The notes under the pieces: generated by a model
What the model was told of the DNA's origin: nothing
The model's database searches: none
Seen by the model: the letters and a program-made list of their open reading frames with translations, nothing else
NCBI GenBank assembly: GCA_965214405.1
Contig: OZ243956.1
Span: 2,624,001-2,688,000, forward strand
Direction: 5' to 3'
DNA length: 64,000 nucleotides
DNA from: Trueperaceae bacterium
Lineage (GTDB): Bacteria; Deinococcota; Deinococci; Deinococcales; Trueperaceae
Translations under genes and position numbers: made by a program
Part shown: positions 9,106 to 18,600 of the stretch, piece by piece
How positions within the stretch are numbered: the first letter of the stretch is position 1
How the letters are laid out: each line of letters begins with the position of its first letter

Positions 9106-10553
9106 GAGCCGCGCTACGCGCCGAACGCCTCAAGCTGCGCCGCAGCGGGGTGGCCTGGTTGCCGCTTTTTGGTCTCTTTGTAGGTTTATTAGAAGTCGGA
9201 CTCTTCATTCTTAGCTCCGACGCCGCGCCTGCCTGGCAAAATCTAACCGCTTGGCAGAACCTGTGAATTACTTTTTTATCGCCGCTCACCCTGGCGCTGT
9301 TGGCTGGCGTCACGTCGCTTCGTGAGGCTCGAGCCCGCGGCGGCGGCACCTGGTGGCGGCCCGTCGCGCCGCTCTCCTTGCACCTAGCCGAATTTGCGGG
9401 TCTCGCGGCGCTTGCACTTCTCACCACGGCCTTTGTCGTCCTCATCAGCTTGCCTTTCGGGGTTGTAATGCAGCTTTCCGGCACCCCGTCGCTGGCTCGC
9501 CTCCTAAATCTCGTGTTGACGCTGTGGTTCACGTCGCTGCCCGTCCTGGCGCTTTATCAGGGAATCGCGCATTTAGTCGGGCTCATCGGCAGTCTCATGG
9601 CGGGCCTCATCGGCGCGATGGTCTACGTTTTTTTTGATGTTCTCGGCCCGGAAGGATTGCTCTGGTGGCTCAATCCCTGGGCGTGGCCGGTGCGGGCGAC
9701 GCTGAAATTGGCGGGAACGCACGCGAACGGGCTGCTGCTCGAGCCCACCAGCCCCGTGTGGACCCTTCTCGTCTGGCCCGCGCTGCTCCTCGCCGCCCTC
9801 ATGACGCCCGTCTTTTTGCTTTTGAGTGCGCGGATGCCCCGTGAACGTCACACTTTTTCTCTTCCCTTTGCTTCTCGCCACCGCCAAAATACCGCTAGCG
9901 TCAGCGTTAGAACTTACCGCCGCAGCCTATTGAAGAGTGAATGGACTAAGTACCGTCACACCATTCTGCCGTGGCTCACGCTGGTAACGCCCCTCTTTTT
10001 CGCGCTCGTCGCGGTGGGGTGGGGTGCGCTCAGCGCCTGGCAGCTCTGGGCGCTGCTCGCGCTTCCCTTCGGCGCGGCGCTCTTACCAAGCGTCGCGTGG
10101 TCGTGGGAGGGGGACGCGTGGCGCGCCCTGCGGACGCGGCGCGTCTCCACCGCAAAGCTTTACGTTGCCAAACTGACGGTTCTCTGGCTGCACGGAAATA
10201 TAAGCGCGCTACTTCTCGCGTTCGCCCTCGGATGGCTGGGGTTGGCCTGGCACACGCTTTCTTACCTCCTCATCCTGCACGCCTCTGTGAGCTTCCTTCT
10301 ACTTGCGCTGCACCTGCCCCTCGCCGCCCGCTTCGGGGCGGGCGTGTCGCTGGGCGTCGGAACCGTGATAACGCTGCTCGCGCTCATTTTGGGCGCTACA
10401 GGCTTAGGTGACGGGGTATGGCCCCTCTTCCCCTGGGTTTGGGTCTGGTCGCCCGTCGCGTTTGGCGTGTCCATCATCCCCTTTGTCGCGGTGGCGGGCG
10501 CGCTGGGCCTGGGGCTTACCTGGGCGGGCTCGAGCGTCGCCAAGCGGTTTTAG
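9102..10553 (+). pseudogene. fused LanE/LanG-like ABC permease with in-frame TGA at 9264-9266
   Basis: GTG 9102 overlaps the ATPase stop; MRAALRAERLKLRRS...WQNL*ITFLSP continues in the same frame as ORF 9300..10553; second module begins LLKSEWTKYRHT. Confidence 0.75.
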
Positions 10554-11725
10554 ATTCTCCTCTCCCCCACAGGCACCCAGCCCCGCCCGCGCGCCCCGCC
10601 GTAAAGCGTGCTCGGGCGGATGAGTTCGTCCTCCTCGAGCTGCTCCAACACGTGCGCCGTCCAGCCGCCCACGCGCGAAAGGGCGAAAATGGAAGAAAAT
10701 AAGCGGGAGTCCAAACCGACGCCGTGCAAGACAAGCGCGGTGTAAAACTCTACGTTTGTCTGTAAGCTGAGATTGGGTTTGTGCGCCTTGAGGAGGCGCA
10801 GAACCACGTCTTCGACTCTCTTCGCATCTTCGTAAAGTTGTACATCCTCCGCCCTAAAAAGCGTCTCAGCCGCGCCGCTCAGCACGTCGGCCCTGGGGTC
10901 GCGCACCCGGTACACGCGGTGACCGAACCCCATGATGCGCTCTCCCTGGGATAGCCTCTCACCCACCCAAGCCTCGGCCTCTTCTGAAACGCTCCGGCTC
11001 GAGCTTTGCGCGCGCCCCTGAATCTCAAACACCATGTCCATCGCGGGACCCGGCGCGCCGCCGTGGAGGGGACCTTTAAGCGCGCCTACCGCGCCGACCA
11101 CCGCTGAAACCAGGTCCGAACGCGTCGAGGCGATCACGCGCGCCGCGAAAGTCGAGGCGTTCATGCCGTGGTCAATGACGGTGTTGAGGTAGGTCTCGAG
11201 CCCCCGCACCACCGCCTCGGAGGGTGCCTCGCCGGTGAGCATATACAAGAAGTTTTCGGCGTGGCCTAAGTCGGGATTGGGCTCGAGCGGCGCGTCCTCG
11301 TGCAACAAACGCCAGTACGCCGCGAGCACCGTCGGGAAGCGGGCGACGAGGCCGAGGGCGCGCTTTAGGTTGGCCTCTCGAGAGGTATTTTCGGCGTCCG
11401 CATCCACCAGGCTGAGCGTGTCCGCACCCATACGTAGAGCGTCCATCGGCGGCAGCTTGCGCTTGGCGGCCTCTCCTAACACCGTCAGCGTCACCTCGGG
11501 CAAGTCACGGTTGGCGGCCATCTCAGCGCGGAGGGCGTTAAGCTCGCGCTCGTTCGGCAGGCGGTCGTGCCACAGCAGGTACAGCACCTCTTCAAAGGTC
11601 GCGTTGGGGGCCAGCTCCTCCACCGGAAAGCCGCCGATAACCAGCTTTCCCGCCTCACCGTCGATCATGCTCAGGCGCGTTTCGGTCAGCACCACGCCTC
11701 GTAATCCTCGAGCGACTGTCGTCAT
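10550..11725 (-). CDS. citrate synthase / 2-methylcitrate synthase
   Basis: DHGMNASTF, GALKGPLHGGA, IMGFGHRVY, DPRA, NVEFY motifs. Confidence 0.93.
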   Translation of the reverse strand: MTTVARGLRGVVLTETRLSMIDGEAGKLVIGGFPVEELAPNATFEEVLYLLWHDRLPNERELNALRAEMAANRDLPEVTLTVLGEAAKRKLPPMDALRMGADTLSLVDADAENTSREANLKRALGLVARFPTVLAAYWRLLHEDAPLEPNPDLGHAENFLYMLTGEAPSEAVVRGLETYLNTVIDHGMNASTFAARVIASTRSDLVSAVVGAVGALKGPLHGGAPGPAMDMVFEIQGRAQSSSRSVSEEAEAWVGERLSQGERIMGFGHRVYRVRDPRADVLSGAAETLFRAEDVQLYEDAKRVEDVVLRLLKAHKPNLSLQTNVEFYTALVLHGVGLDSRLFSSIFALSRVGGWTAHVLEQLEEDELIRPSTLYGGARGRGWVPVGERRI

Positions 11726-11788
11726 ATGCCCTCCTTTTGGTTGCTGGAATTTTTGAAACTTGAATGAGGTTTGGTGAGGGCTCGAGCC

Positions 11789-12409
11789 CTAATCCGCGCC
11801 CGCGGGCACGTTATGGTCATAAGGCCAGGGGCTGTCGAAAAGGGGTCTGGCGTAAGAAGGTTGGGGCGTATCCAGCAGCTCGGGGTGAACCAGCGTGAGG
11901 TGATAGTCCGCGCCTTGGTAGCTTTCCAATGTCGCTGGTACGCAGCGAAAATCTTCTCCCAGCAAGACCTCCGCCCGCTCCGCCAGCACCGCCGCCTGCA
12001 AGGGCGTACGCGCTAGCACCGCGACGTTTAGGGGCGAACGCCCGCCACGCAGATTGGCCTGCGCGGCGAAGAGCTTGATGACCTCGTTGACGTCCAGCCC
12101 GGACGCCGCCACGCTCTCCGCAAAACCCGCCGCAAGGTGGACGCCTAAACTTTCCTCAGCGGACCTGGGCGGCGCAGGCGCGACGCGCGTGCCCGCCCGC
12201 CGCCGCTGCACGAGGTAACCCTCGGCCTCGAGCGCCCGATAAGCCGCCGCCACGGTGTTATAGTTAACATTCAATGAGTTGGCTAGTTCATTGGCAGTGG
12301 GTAAGAGTTCATCCGACAACAGCTTTGCATCGTGAATGAGTACATGAATTTGCGTGCTGATCTGCTCTCCTATCGGAACGAAACTTTGCTTGTCGAGCAC
12401 AATGTTCAT
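11789..12409 (-). CDS. GntR family transcriptional regulator
   Basis: LPTANELANSLNVNYNTVAAAYRALEAEGYL..RRRAGTRV; TTGCTT-17-TAATAT upstream. Confidence 0.88.
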   Translation of the reverse strand: MNIVLDKQSFVPIGEQISTQIHVLIHDAKLLSDELLPTANELANSLNVNYNTVAAAYRALEAEGYLVQRRRAGTRVAPAPPRSAEESLGVHLAAGFAESVAASGLDVNEVIKLFAAQANLRGGRSPLNVAVLARTPLQAAVLAERAEVLLGEDFRCVPATLESYQGADYHLTLVHPELLDTPQPSYARPLFDSPWPYDHNVPAGAD

Positions 12410-12543
12410 GAGCCATATTAACTACTACGCTAAGCAAAAGCAAGTCATAGGATCAGAAGTTAGTCTGGTACTCCCTCTTTTTTACAAGCGCTCACTATTG
12501 CCTCTTTAACACCCTGCAAAAGGAGGAGTGGTAAGCTTGGGGC

Positions 12544-13419
12544 GTGCCCGCCTGTGACGCTCCCCTCGGTGTTTTCGACTCCGGCGTGGGGGGGCTTACC
12601 GTACTAAGCGCGCTTCAGAAAGCTTTACCCTTTGAAAACTTTATCTACCTTGGCGACACGGCGAGGGTGCCCTATGGGGGCAAGCCGCTCGAGATGGTGC
12701 GCGCTTTTGCGTTAGAAATCTCTCACGAACTCCTCCGCCGGGGCGTCAAGGGCGTCGTCGTCGCCTGTAACACCGCCGCGGCGGCGAGCCTGCCCGAGCT
12801 TGCGGACGCGCTCCCCGTGCCCGTCTGGGGCGTGATCGAACCCGGCGTGGCGGCGGCGCGTCGCGTCGTCACCCAGGGCAGAGTCGGGGTGCTGGGGACG
12901 GTGGGGACGCTTCGTTCGGGGGCGTATCAGCGGGGGCTCGAGGCGGCGGGTTTAGAGGTGTGGACAAAAGCCTGCCCCTTGTTTGTGCCCATTGTCGAGG
13001 AGGGCGTGGCAGACGGGGCCATCGCCAAGCTTGTGGCGGAGCATTATTTGGGAGACCGACCGGCGCTTTCGGCGGTCATCCTGGGCTGCACCCATTATCC
13101 CGCGCTCAAAAACGTTTTGCATAGCGTTTTGGGGCCGACGGTCGCCCTGCTCGATTCGGCGGAGGAAACCGCCAACGTGGTCGCTCGAGATTTACGCACC
13201 CTCTCCCTCACCCGTTCCACCACGTCAGCCGCACTCGGCACCGTCCATCACCTCGTCAGCGGCGACGTTCCCAGCTACCTCCATACCGCTCAAATCTTGG
13301 GCGGCCCCGCTGGAACGGTCGAGCGCATCCACTGGCGCGGTTCACACGCCGAAGCGGAGAGCGCAGCGGGTATGGTTGACACCACGGTTCATCTACTCGC
13401 CGACGCCTACGAAAATTAA
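12544..13419 (+). CDS. murI: glutamate racemase
   Basis: GVFDSGVGGLTV, VACNTA, ILGCTHYP. Confidence 0.96.
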   Translation: MPACDAPLGVFDSGVGGLTVLSALQKALPFENFIYLGDTARVPYGGKPLEMVRAFALEISHELLRRGVKGVVVACNTAAAASLPELADALPVPVWGVIEPGVAAARRVVTQGRVGVLGTVGTLRSGAYQRGLEAAGLEVWTKACPLFVPIVEEGVADGAIAKLVAEHYLGDRPALSAVILGCTHYPALKNVLHSVLGPTVALLDSAEETANVVARDLRTLSLTRSTTSAALGTVHHLVSGDVPSYLHTAQILGGPAGTVERIHWRGSHAEAESAAGMVDTTVHLLADAYEN

Positions 13420-13436
13420 GACGGAAAAGTTGTGAT

Positions 13437-14150
13437 ATGAGACAAAACAGACCCGACCAGCAAGTGAGAGACATCACCGTGACCCCGAACTACAACCGCT
13501 ACGCCGAGGGCTCGGCGCTTGTGGCGTGGGGGCACACGACGGTGCTGGCGACCGTCACTATCGAGAACAAGCTGCCGCCCCACCTGCGGAACGTCAAGGG
13601 ACAGCGCGCGGGCTGGCTCACCGCGGAATATGCGCTCTTGCCTCGAGCCACCCACGAGCGATCAATGCGCGAACGCCTCTATTCGGGCGGGCGCACGCAG
13701 GAGATTCAGCGGCTCATCGGGCGCGCCCTACGGAGCGTGACTGATTTGTCGCTCTTTGCCAACAAGACCTTGACCGTGGACATCGACGTGCTCCAGGCGG
13801 ACGGCGGCACGCGCTGCGCGGGCATCTTGGCGGGCTACGCCGCGCTGCACGAGGCGGCGAACCGGCTCGTCCAGGCGGGCGCTTTGGACGAGTGGCCGCT
13901 CACGCACGAACTCGCCGCGGTGAGCGTCGGGGTGATAGGCGAGCGCGTGCTCGTCGATCTGGAATATAGCGAGGACGTGGTGGCCGAGGTCGACCTCAAC
14001 GTGGTCGGCACCGCCGACGGCGCGCTTATCGAAGTCCAGGGCGGCGGCGAGGAGCGGCCCATCCCCGCCGAGACGTATGTGGGGCTCGTGGTCTCGGGTC
14101 TCACGGCGGTGGGGACGATTCTGGAGCGCGTCCGCCCGCAACTCGCATGA
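13437..14150 (+). CDS. rph: ribonuclease PH
   Basis: GWLTAEYALLPRAT, GRTQEIQRLIGRALR, DVLQADGGTR. Confidence 0.96.
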   Translation: MRQNRPDQQVRDITVTPNYNRYAEGSALVAWGHTTVLATVTIENKLPPHLRNVKGQRAGWLTAEYALLPRATHERSMRERLYSGGRTQEIQRLIGRALRSVTDLSLFANKTLTVDIDVLQADGGTRCAGILAGYAALHEAANRLVQAGALDEWPLTHELAAVSVGVIGERVLVDLEYSEDVVAEVDLNVVGTADGALIEVQGGGEERPIPAETYVGLVVSGLTAVGTILERVRPQLA

Positions 14151-14767
14151 GCAAACTTGTGTTAGCCACCGCCAACGAGGGCAAGGTGCGCGAGTTCCAA
14201 CAAACTTTAGCGGATACCTCCCTCACCCTCCTGTCGGCTGCTGAAGCGGGCGTGACGGCGTTTCCCCAAGAAACGGGCTCGAGCTACGAAGAAAACGCGC
14301 TCGGCAAGGCGGGTTACGTGGCGCTTCAGACGCGGCTGCCGAGTCTGGGCGACGATTCGGGGCTCGAGGTAGACGCGCTTGACGGCGCGCCCGGCCTCTA
14401 CTCTGCGCGGTTTGGCGGCAAGGTGAGTAGCGGCGAGCGCATCGCCTATCTTCTCGCCAAGCTGCGCCGGGTGCCGCCGGAGGCGCGGGGGGCGCGGTTT
14501 GTTTGCGTCCTCGTGCTCGCCACGCCCAACGGCGGGATGTGGACCTTTCGGGGCGAGAGTGAGGGGAGGCTGCTCGAGGGGCCGCGCGGCGAGAGCGGGT
14601 TTGGCTACGACCCCGTTTTTTACTCGCCGGACTTAGGCAAGACCTTTGCGGAGGCCACGCCCGAAGAGAAACGCAGCGTGAGCCACCGGGGGCGTGCGCT
14701 CGAGGCTTTTCGTGCCTGGCTGGATACGCCTCGAGCGGCAAAGGTGTTTGAGGGTGGAACGAAGTAG
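14147..14767 (+). CDS. rdgB: non-canonical purine NTP pyrophosphatase
   Basis: DDSGLEVDALDGAPGLYSAR, GFGYDPVF, SHRGRA. Confidence 0.95.
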   Translation: MSKLVLATANEGKVREFQQTLADTSLTLLSAAEAGVTAFPQETGSSYEENALGKAGYVALQTRLPSLGDDSGLEVDALDGAPGLYSARFGGKVSSGERIAYLLAKLRRVPPEARGARFVCVLVLATPNGGMWTFRGESEGRLLEGPRGESGFGYDPVFYSPDLGKTFAEATPEEKRSVSHRGRALEAFRAWLDTPRAAKVFEGGTK

Positions 14768-14791
14768 CGCCTACCACCCGCAATGTTTAAC

Positions 14792-15247
14792 TCACCCCTT
14801 CGCTCTCTCGACCAGAGCCGCGAGTCTTTTTTCGAAGCTAAAGGGACCGAGGGGCTCGAGAACAATCTGCCGAAAGTCTTTATGGTCCGGGTTGAGCAGG
14901 ACGTTGTAACTTTCGGGCGCGACAACTGACGGAACACGCAAGGCTGCGCTTTGCGCCTCGCGGACCCAGGCGTCACCATATGCCCGCGTGGCCTCTTTGT
15001 TGTGAAGGTCAAAGTCAGCGGGCGCGTCAAGTGCGAGCGCCTCACCGAAGGTGCAGCGGTAGAGGCTATAGCCCTGCAAGCTCGCATAGATTTCCCAGCC
15101 CGCCAAGATTTCCAGCGCGGCCAAAGCGGCGTGTTCGGCTGTATACACCATAACCGTCCCCTCACCATTCCAGCGCCCCGGTGCGCCGCGTGGTCTAAAG
15201 GCGGCGCTTAAGCTTTCGGTAAAGGCTAAGCGATACGTCTTCAACAC
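14792..15247 (-). CDS. RES domain toxin
   Basis: GRWN..VYTAEHAALAALE..VPSVV..NVLLNP. Confidence 0.88.
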   Translation of the reverse strand: MLKTYRLAFTESLSAAFRPRGAPGRWNGEGTVMVYTAEHAALAALEILAGWEIYASLQGYSLYRCTFGEALALDAPADFDLHNKEATRAYGDAWVREAQSAALRVPSVVAPESYNVLLNPDHKDFRQIVLEPLGPFSFEKRLAALVERAKG

Positions 15248-15251
15248 ACCC

Positions 15252-15686
15252 TCAAAGAAAAGTGCCGTCCTCCAGGGCGGTAAGCATGTTCTGGAGCTTG
15301 CCTACACCCACACGCGTGGCGAGCAGGTCTATGGGTCTGGCCCCGTCCAGCGCACCCTTGGGGCTAACGAACCACGCCTCAGCCCCCGCCTGCCCGAGCA
15401 CGCTTGCCACGCGGGCGAACAGGGTCAAGGCGCTGTGGGTGCGGTCTAAAAGTTCAACGTTCATCGCCGGGTTCTTGCTCTTGCGCGAGCGGCTGATGCC
15501 CAAGACGCCCAGCGCCTCGGTTTTGCTGACGCCGAGCAGGCTGGCGAGCCGCGCCAAAACCCTGTCCACCGACGGCTCGCCCACGGTGGTCTGGCTGAGA
15601 ACGGCGTCCGCCACGCCCTCCGGTGTTGTGGCTAGCACCTGCGCGAAGAGGGCGTCGCGGGTCTGAACAAAAGAGGTTTGTGCCAT
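15252..15686 (-). CDS. Xre/MbcA/ParS-type antitoxin
   Basis: AEAWFVSPKGALDGARPIDLL C-terminus; upstream of the RES gene; TGcTATAAT 7 nt before ATG. Confidence 0.88.
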   Translation of the reverse strand: MAQTSFVQTRDALFAQVLATTPEGVADAVLSQTTVGEPSVDRVLARLASLLGVSKTEALGVLGISRSRKSKNPAMNVELLDRTHSALTLFARVASVLGQAGAEAWFVSPKGALDGARPIDLLATRVGVGKLQNMLTALEDGTFL

Positions 15687-15750
15687 GTTCAACATTATAG
15701 CATGAAGTTTCAACACCACCTGAACCTGATTGGTTTAGATAGGCTCAGAG

Positions 15751-15790
15751 ACGCTGAAGCAGCGACAGGTTGGTGTGGCTGCTTCAGCGT
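15751..15790. repeat. perfect 13-bp inverted repeat
   Basis: ACGCTGAAGCAGC-N14-GCTGCTTCAGCGT. Confidence 0.7.
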
Positions 15791-15861
15791 TAATATCATC
15801 GAAAATAGATACCCACTTCACGTCGTTCCTTTTAACGCACGTAGCCAAGCCGCGAGCAACG

Positions 15862-15957
15862 GCACAACGCCAAGCTCAGCGGCGGCAGGGGCCAACGAGA
15901 GCTAAAACTCGCAATAACCAGTCCGGCTCTGCTGTCCGCTGCAGCGTTTAGTTCGGC
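15862..15957 (-). other. attC site
   Basis: Minus strand: R'' GCCGAAC, TAAAC, L'' GCTGCAGCGGAC ... L' GCCGCTGAGC, TTGGC, R' GTTGTGC. Confidence 0.85.
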
Positions 15958-15973
15958 GTCCAGGCTGCACCGC

Positions 15974-16462
15974 TCAGACCACCCGCACATGCCCAGCCGG
16001 GTACGACCCCGCCCACCCGACCGGCCACCGCCCGCGGTCGTACCACGGCAGCAGGCCGCAGAAGAACCCCGGCTCGCTGACGGCCCGCTCGCACGCTGCC
16101 CACGCCAAGTCGCGCTTGACGCTATGCGCCGCCTCCCGCTCCCACTCGATGCGGGTCGGGTCGCCGTCTGGGGCGAAGCGGCCGTAGTACGCCACCAGCG
16201 GGTCGAACCGAAGCAAGTTTTCATCAATCACGGTCGCCACCTCGTCGATGATGCCGTCGATCTGCGGGTCGGTGAGATAGCGGCGGGCAACCTCCTCGGC
16301 CCCGTGCGTCCGCTCCGACCAAAAATCCACGTCGAGGAACACCGGGGCGTCGGACTGGCCGACCACCTCGGGCACATCACCAGGGGCACCGATGTGGACA
16401 AGCATCGGGAACCGGCGCAGCCACGCGGCGTACTCGTCGCGGACGTTGTGCCATCTATTCAC
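15974..16462 (-). CDS. hypothetical gene-cassette protein (high GC)
   Basis: ORF fills the space between two attC sites; the cassette starts at core GTTCGGC and ends at its complement GCCGAAC. Confidence 0.7.
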   Translation of the reverse strand: MNRWHNVRDEYAAWLRRFPMLVHIGAPGDVPEVVGQSDAPVFLDVDFWSERTHGAEEVARRYLTDPQIDGIIDEVATVIDENLLRFDPLVAYYGRFAPDGDPTRIEWEREAAHSVKRDLAWAACERAVSEPGFFCGLLPWYDRGRWPVGWAGSYPAGHVRVV

Positions 16463-16477
16463 CGCGAGAAGCCCGCC

Positions 16478-16588
16478 GCCGAACAGATTGAGTTCAGGGG
16501 TGTGAACCCTACGGCTTCCACGAGTGAATTAAGTCTAAAGTGTAATTCTGTCAAAACAGTTCACATCCTCTGCAACGCCTAGTTAGAT
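16478..16588 (-). other. attC site
   Basis: Minus strand: R'' ATCTAAC, TAGGC, GTTGCAGAGGATGTGAAC ... GTTCACACCCCTGAAC, TCAATCT, R' GTTCGGC; arms pair with extrahelical bases. Confidence 0.85.
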
Positions 16589-16611
16589 GACCAACACATG
16601 ATACGAAACCT

Positions 16612-17499
16612 CTAACTGCTTGGGTCGGCTCTTAGTGCTTCCGTCGCAAGCATGTCACCTGCGTCCCATAGCCTTCGTAATTTAGCAAAAATAGGCAAAC
16701 AATCGCGCTCACCTTCGGTCAAGGGCCGAAGAGACTCGTAGCCCCGAAAAAAGGCTTTTTGAAGCGCGTCAGGTGCATAATGAAAAAGAGACAAATCATA
16801 AGCGCGCCAACCATATCCACAATGGTCAAAGTCAAAAAAGGTTACTTGATTTTCTTGAAAGTGCATATTGCCAGGGTGTAAGTCACCATGAATGATGCCG
16901 TATTCATCATTATCAATGCTTAGACTTTTTACTGCGCTCACTAAATCAGGTATGGAAGGTAGAGAGGCAAGAAGCTCCTGTCCCTGTTCACTATTGTCTT
17001 TTTCAATTAACCTCAGTGGTTCATCCACGAGATATTTAAGGTTTAGGTGATAACGTTCATGATTTGAAGAAAAGTCATTGGCAGCAAGATGAAAAGCGGC
17101 AATAGTTTTCCCCACTTCCAAAATTTGTTCAGTTGTAACAGATTCCTCAGTTGCTTCTCCGCCTGGGGCAAATGAAAAAAGTGCCGTAGCTCGTTTACCT
17201 AAAGCAGTGGAAGTCCAGCCAAGCAACTCACTATTATCCATACGGATGGGATGAGAAACAGGGATGTTTTGTACTTGTAAATAGTCAAGCAGGTCAAGCT
17301 CGAACTGAAAAGCTTCAGGTGAGTCAACATAGTATTTTCCATTTAAGTACACCCTGAAAATGTACCTTGCTTGCCCAGCTTTAATAAGGTAGTGATCGTT
17401 AAAACCGCGCCTGATTAAAGCACAAGTTTGCGGTGTGTCTAAAGAATACTTGGCTCGCACAAGCTCGAGCACTTCATCCGATTTGAGTAAGGTATTCAT
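16612..17499 (-). CDS. APH/homoserine-kinase-II-like phosphotransferase (cassette, low GC)
   Basis: IIHGDLHPGNM and FFDFDHCG kinase motifs; GGAG RBS. Confidence 0.85.
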   Translation of the reverse strand: MNTLLKSDEVLELVRAKYSLDTPQTCALIRRGFNDHYLIKAGQARYIFRVYLNGKYYVDSPEAFQFELDLLDYLQVQNIPVSHPIRMDNSELLGWTSTALGKRATALFSFAPGGEATEESVTTEQILEVGKTIAAFHLAANDFSSNHERYHLNLKYLVDEPLRLIEKDNSEQGQELLASLPSIPDLVSAVKSLSIDNDEYGIIHGDLHPGNMHFQENQVTFFDFDHCGYGWRAYDLSLFHYAPDALQKAFFRGYESLRPLTEGERDCLPIFAKLRRLWDAGDMLATEALRADPSS

Positions 17500-17514
17500 G
17501 GATTCTCCTACAGT

Positions 17515-17581
17515 GGCGACCACGCAAGCCTTGCGCATGAAAGTGTCGCTATTCCGCGTCCGGTGCAAAGGGTTGTTCGGC
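17515..17581 (-). other. truncated (left-half) attC
   Basis: R'' GCCGAAC, AACCC, TTTGCACCGGAC present; no L'/R' arm before the next ORF. Confidence 0.6.
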
Positions 17582-17607
17582 GGCGGTTTCTGTTATACCT
17601 CGCTTGC

Positions 17608-18027
17608 CTACTGTGGCGTACGCCTGCCAAGGAACTTTGCAACCCACATCACCAGCATCGCCACCGCAACATGCACCACGATGATACTGCCGTCAGACAA
17701 CACATTAAACCAGAAACCGAAACGCTGCGGGTCTGGTCCCCACAGCCAATCGTATAGGAACTGAATCAGCAGAACCGCTAGCAGGTCAAGAACAGTTACC
17801 GTCGCCAGCAGCGCCGCAGCGTATTGCCACCACAGATGGCGGCGAGCAAATCTAGGCAGAAGAAGCAGGCTGTTAACATAGACCGCGAGCGCAGAGGCAA
17901 ATACCAACACCGCCGTAGCTAACACGGCAAGGGCTGGAGTCGGCTGGTACTGATGAGTAGCCGCAAGCCAAAAGGCAAACACACCGAGCCACACCGCCAG
18001 ATGTAACGCTATACGCTTGAAAGACAT
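17608..18027 (-). CDS. hypothetical 4-TM membrane protein (cassette)
   Basis: Four hydrophobic segments; flanked by an attI-like core and the half attC. Confidence 0.7.
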   Translation of the reverse strand: MSFKRIALHLAVWLGVFAFWLAATHQYQPTPALAVLATAVLVFASALAVYVNSLLLLPRFARRHLWWQYAAALLATVTVLDLLAVLLIQFLYDWLWGPDPQRFGFWFNVLSDGSIIVVHVAVAMLVMWVAKFLGRRTPQ

Positions 18028-18058
18028 TCTGCCTTACGCAACCTCCATTAAGGGAGGC

Positions 18059-18088
18059 GCTGAACTACTGATTATCAGACGTTTATCC
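18059..18088 (-). other. second attI-like site (diverged copy)
   Basis: GGATAAACGTCTGATAATCAGTAGTTCAGC versus GGACAAATGTCTGATAATCGCTAGTTAAAC at 18601-18630. Confidence 0.65.
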
Positions 18089-18156
18089 TCAACAGCCAGC
18101 ATCGTTTCAAAGGAGATGCAGCCTGGGTAAAGCATAGGCAAAACTTTTTTAGACAT
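18088..18156 (-). pseudogene. truncated cassette ORF, DJ-1/PfpI-like N-terminus
   Basis: MSKKVLPMLYPGCISFETMLAVE with GAAAGG RBS directly after an attC; runs into the attI-like copy. Confidence 0.45.
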
Positions 18157-18175
18157 GAGCACCTTTCATAGAGGG

Positions 18176-18294
18176 CTTTAACGAACTGAACTCAAGGCGC
18201 TAAAGGCGCTAACGGATAAGTTTGAAACATGCTTCAACTCCTTTTTACATTTGCAGCAGAACGATTTAGCATCCCACGCAGTGACTAGTTAAAC
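18176..18294 (-). other. attC site
   Basis: Minus strand: R'' GTTTAAC, TAGTC, ACTGCGTGGGATGCTAAA ... TTTAGCGCCTTGAGT, TCAGTTC, R' GTTAAAG. Confidence 0.7.
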
Positions 18295-18306
18295 TGCAAC
18301 CTCGAT

Positions 18307-18597
18307 TTAGTCGGTAATAAAAGCTTCAAAACGGAGCCACGCAGGATGGTCAAGTTGTAATTCATAAAAGTCATCGTAATACTCGAGTCCTGCTGCTTTC
18401 AAACGAATGATAAACGTTTCTAATGCCTCAATACCAAAACTTGGCCCAAAACATAAAAGCGCCTCGTTTTGGCTGAAAAGCTCTTCTTCCATCAATTCTA
18501 TAATTTTCTCAAATGGAATGTCTGATTCATCAAGGCTAGCTCGGCGGATAACAAGTTCGAACTCGAATGTTACTGGGATAGAAGAAGAGCTAGCCAT
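18307..18597 (-). CDS. hypothetical protein, first cassette (low GC)
   Basis: ATG 3 nt after the attI core GTTAAAC; ends just before the complementary R'' GTTTAAC. Confidence 0.7.
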   Translation of the reverse strand: MASSSSIPVTFEFELVIRRASLDESDIPFEKIIELMEEELFSQNEALLCFGPSFGIEALETFIIRLKAAGLEYYDDFYELQLDHPAWLRFEAFITD

Positions 18598-18600
18598 GCG

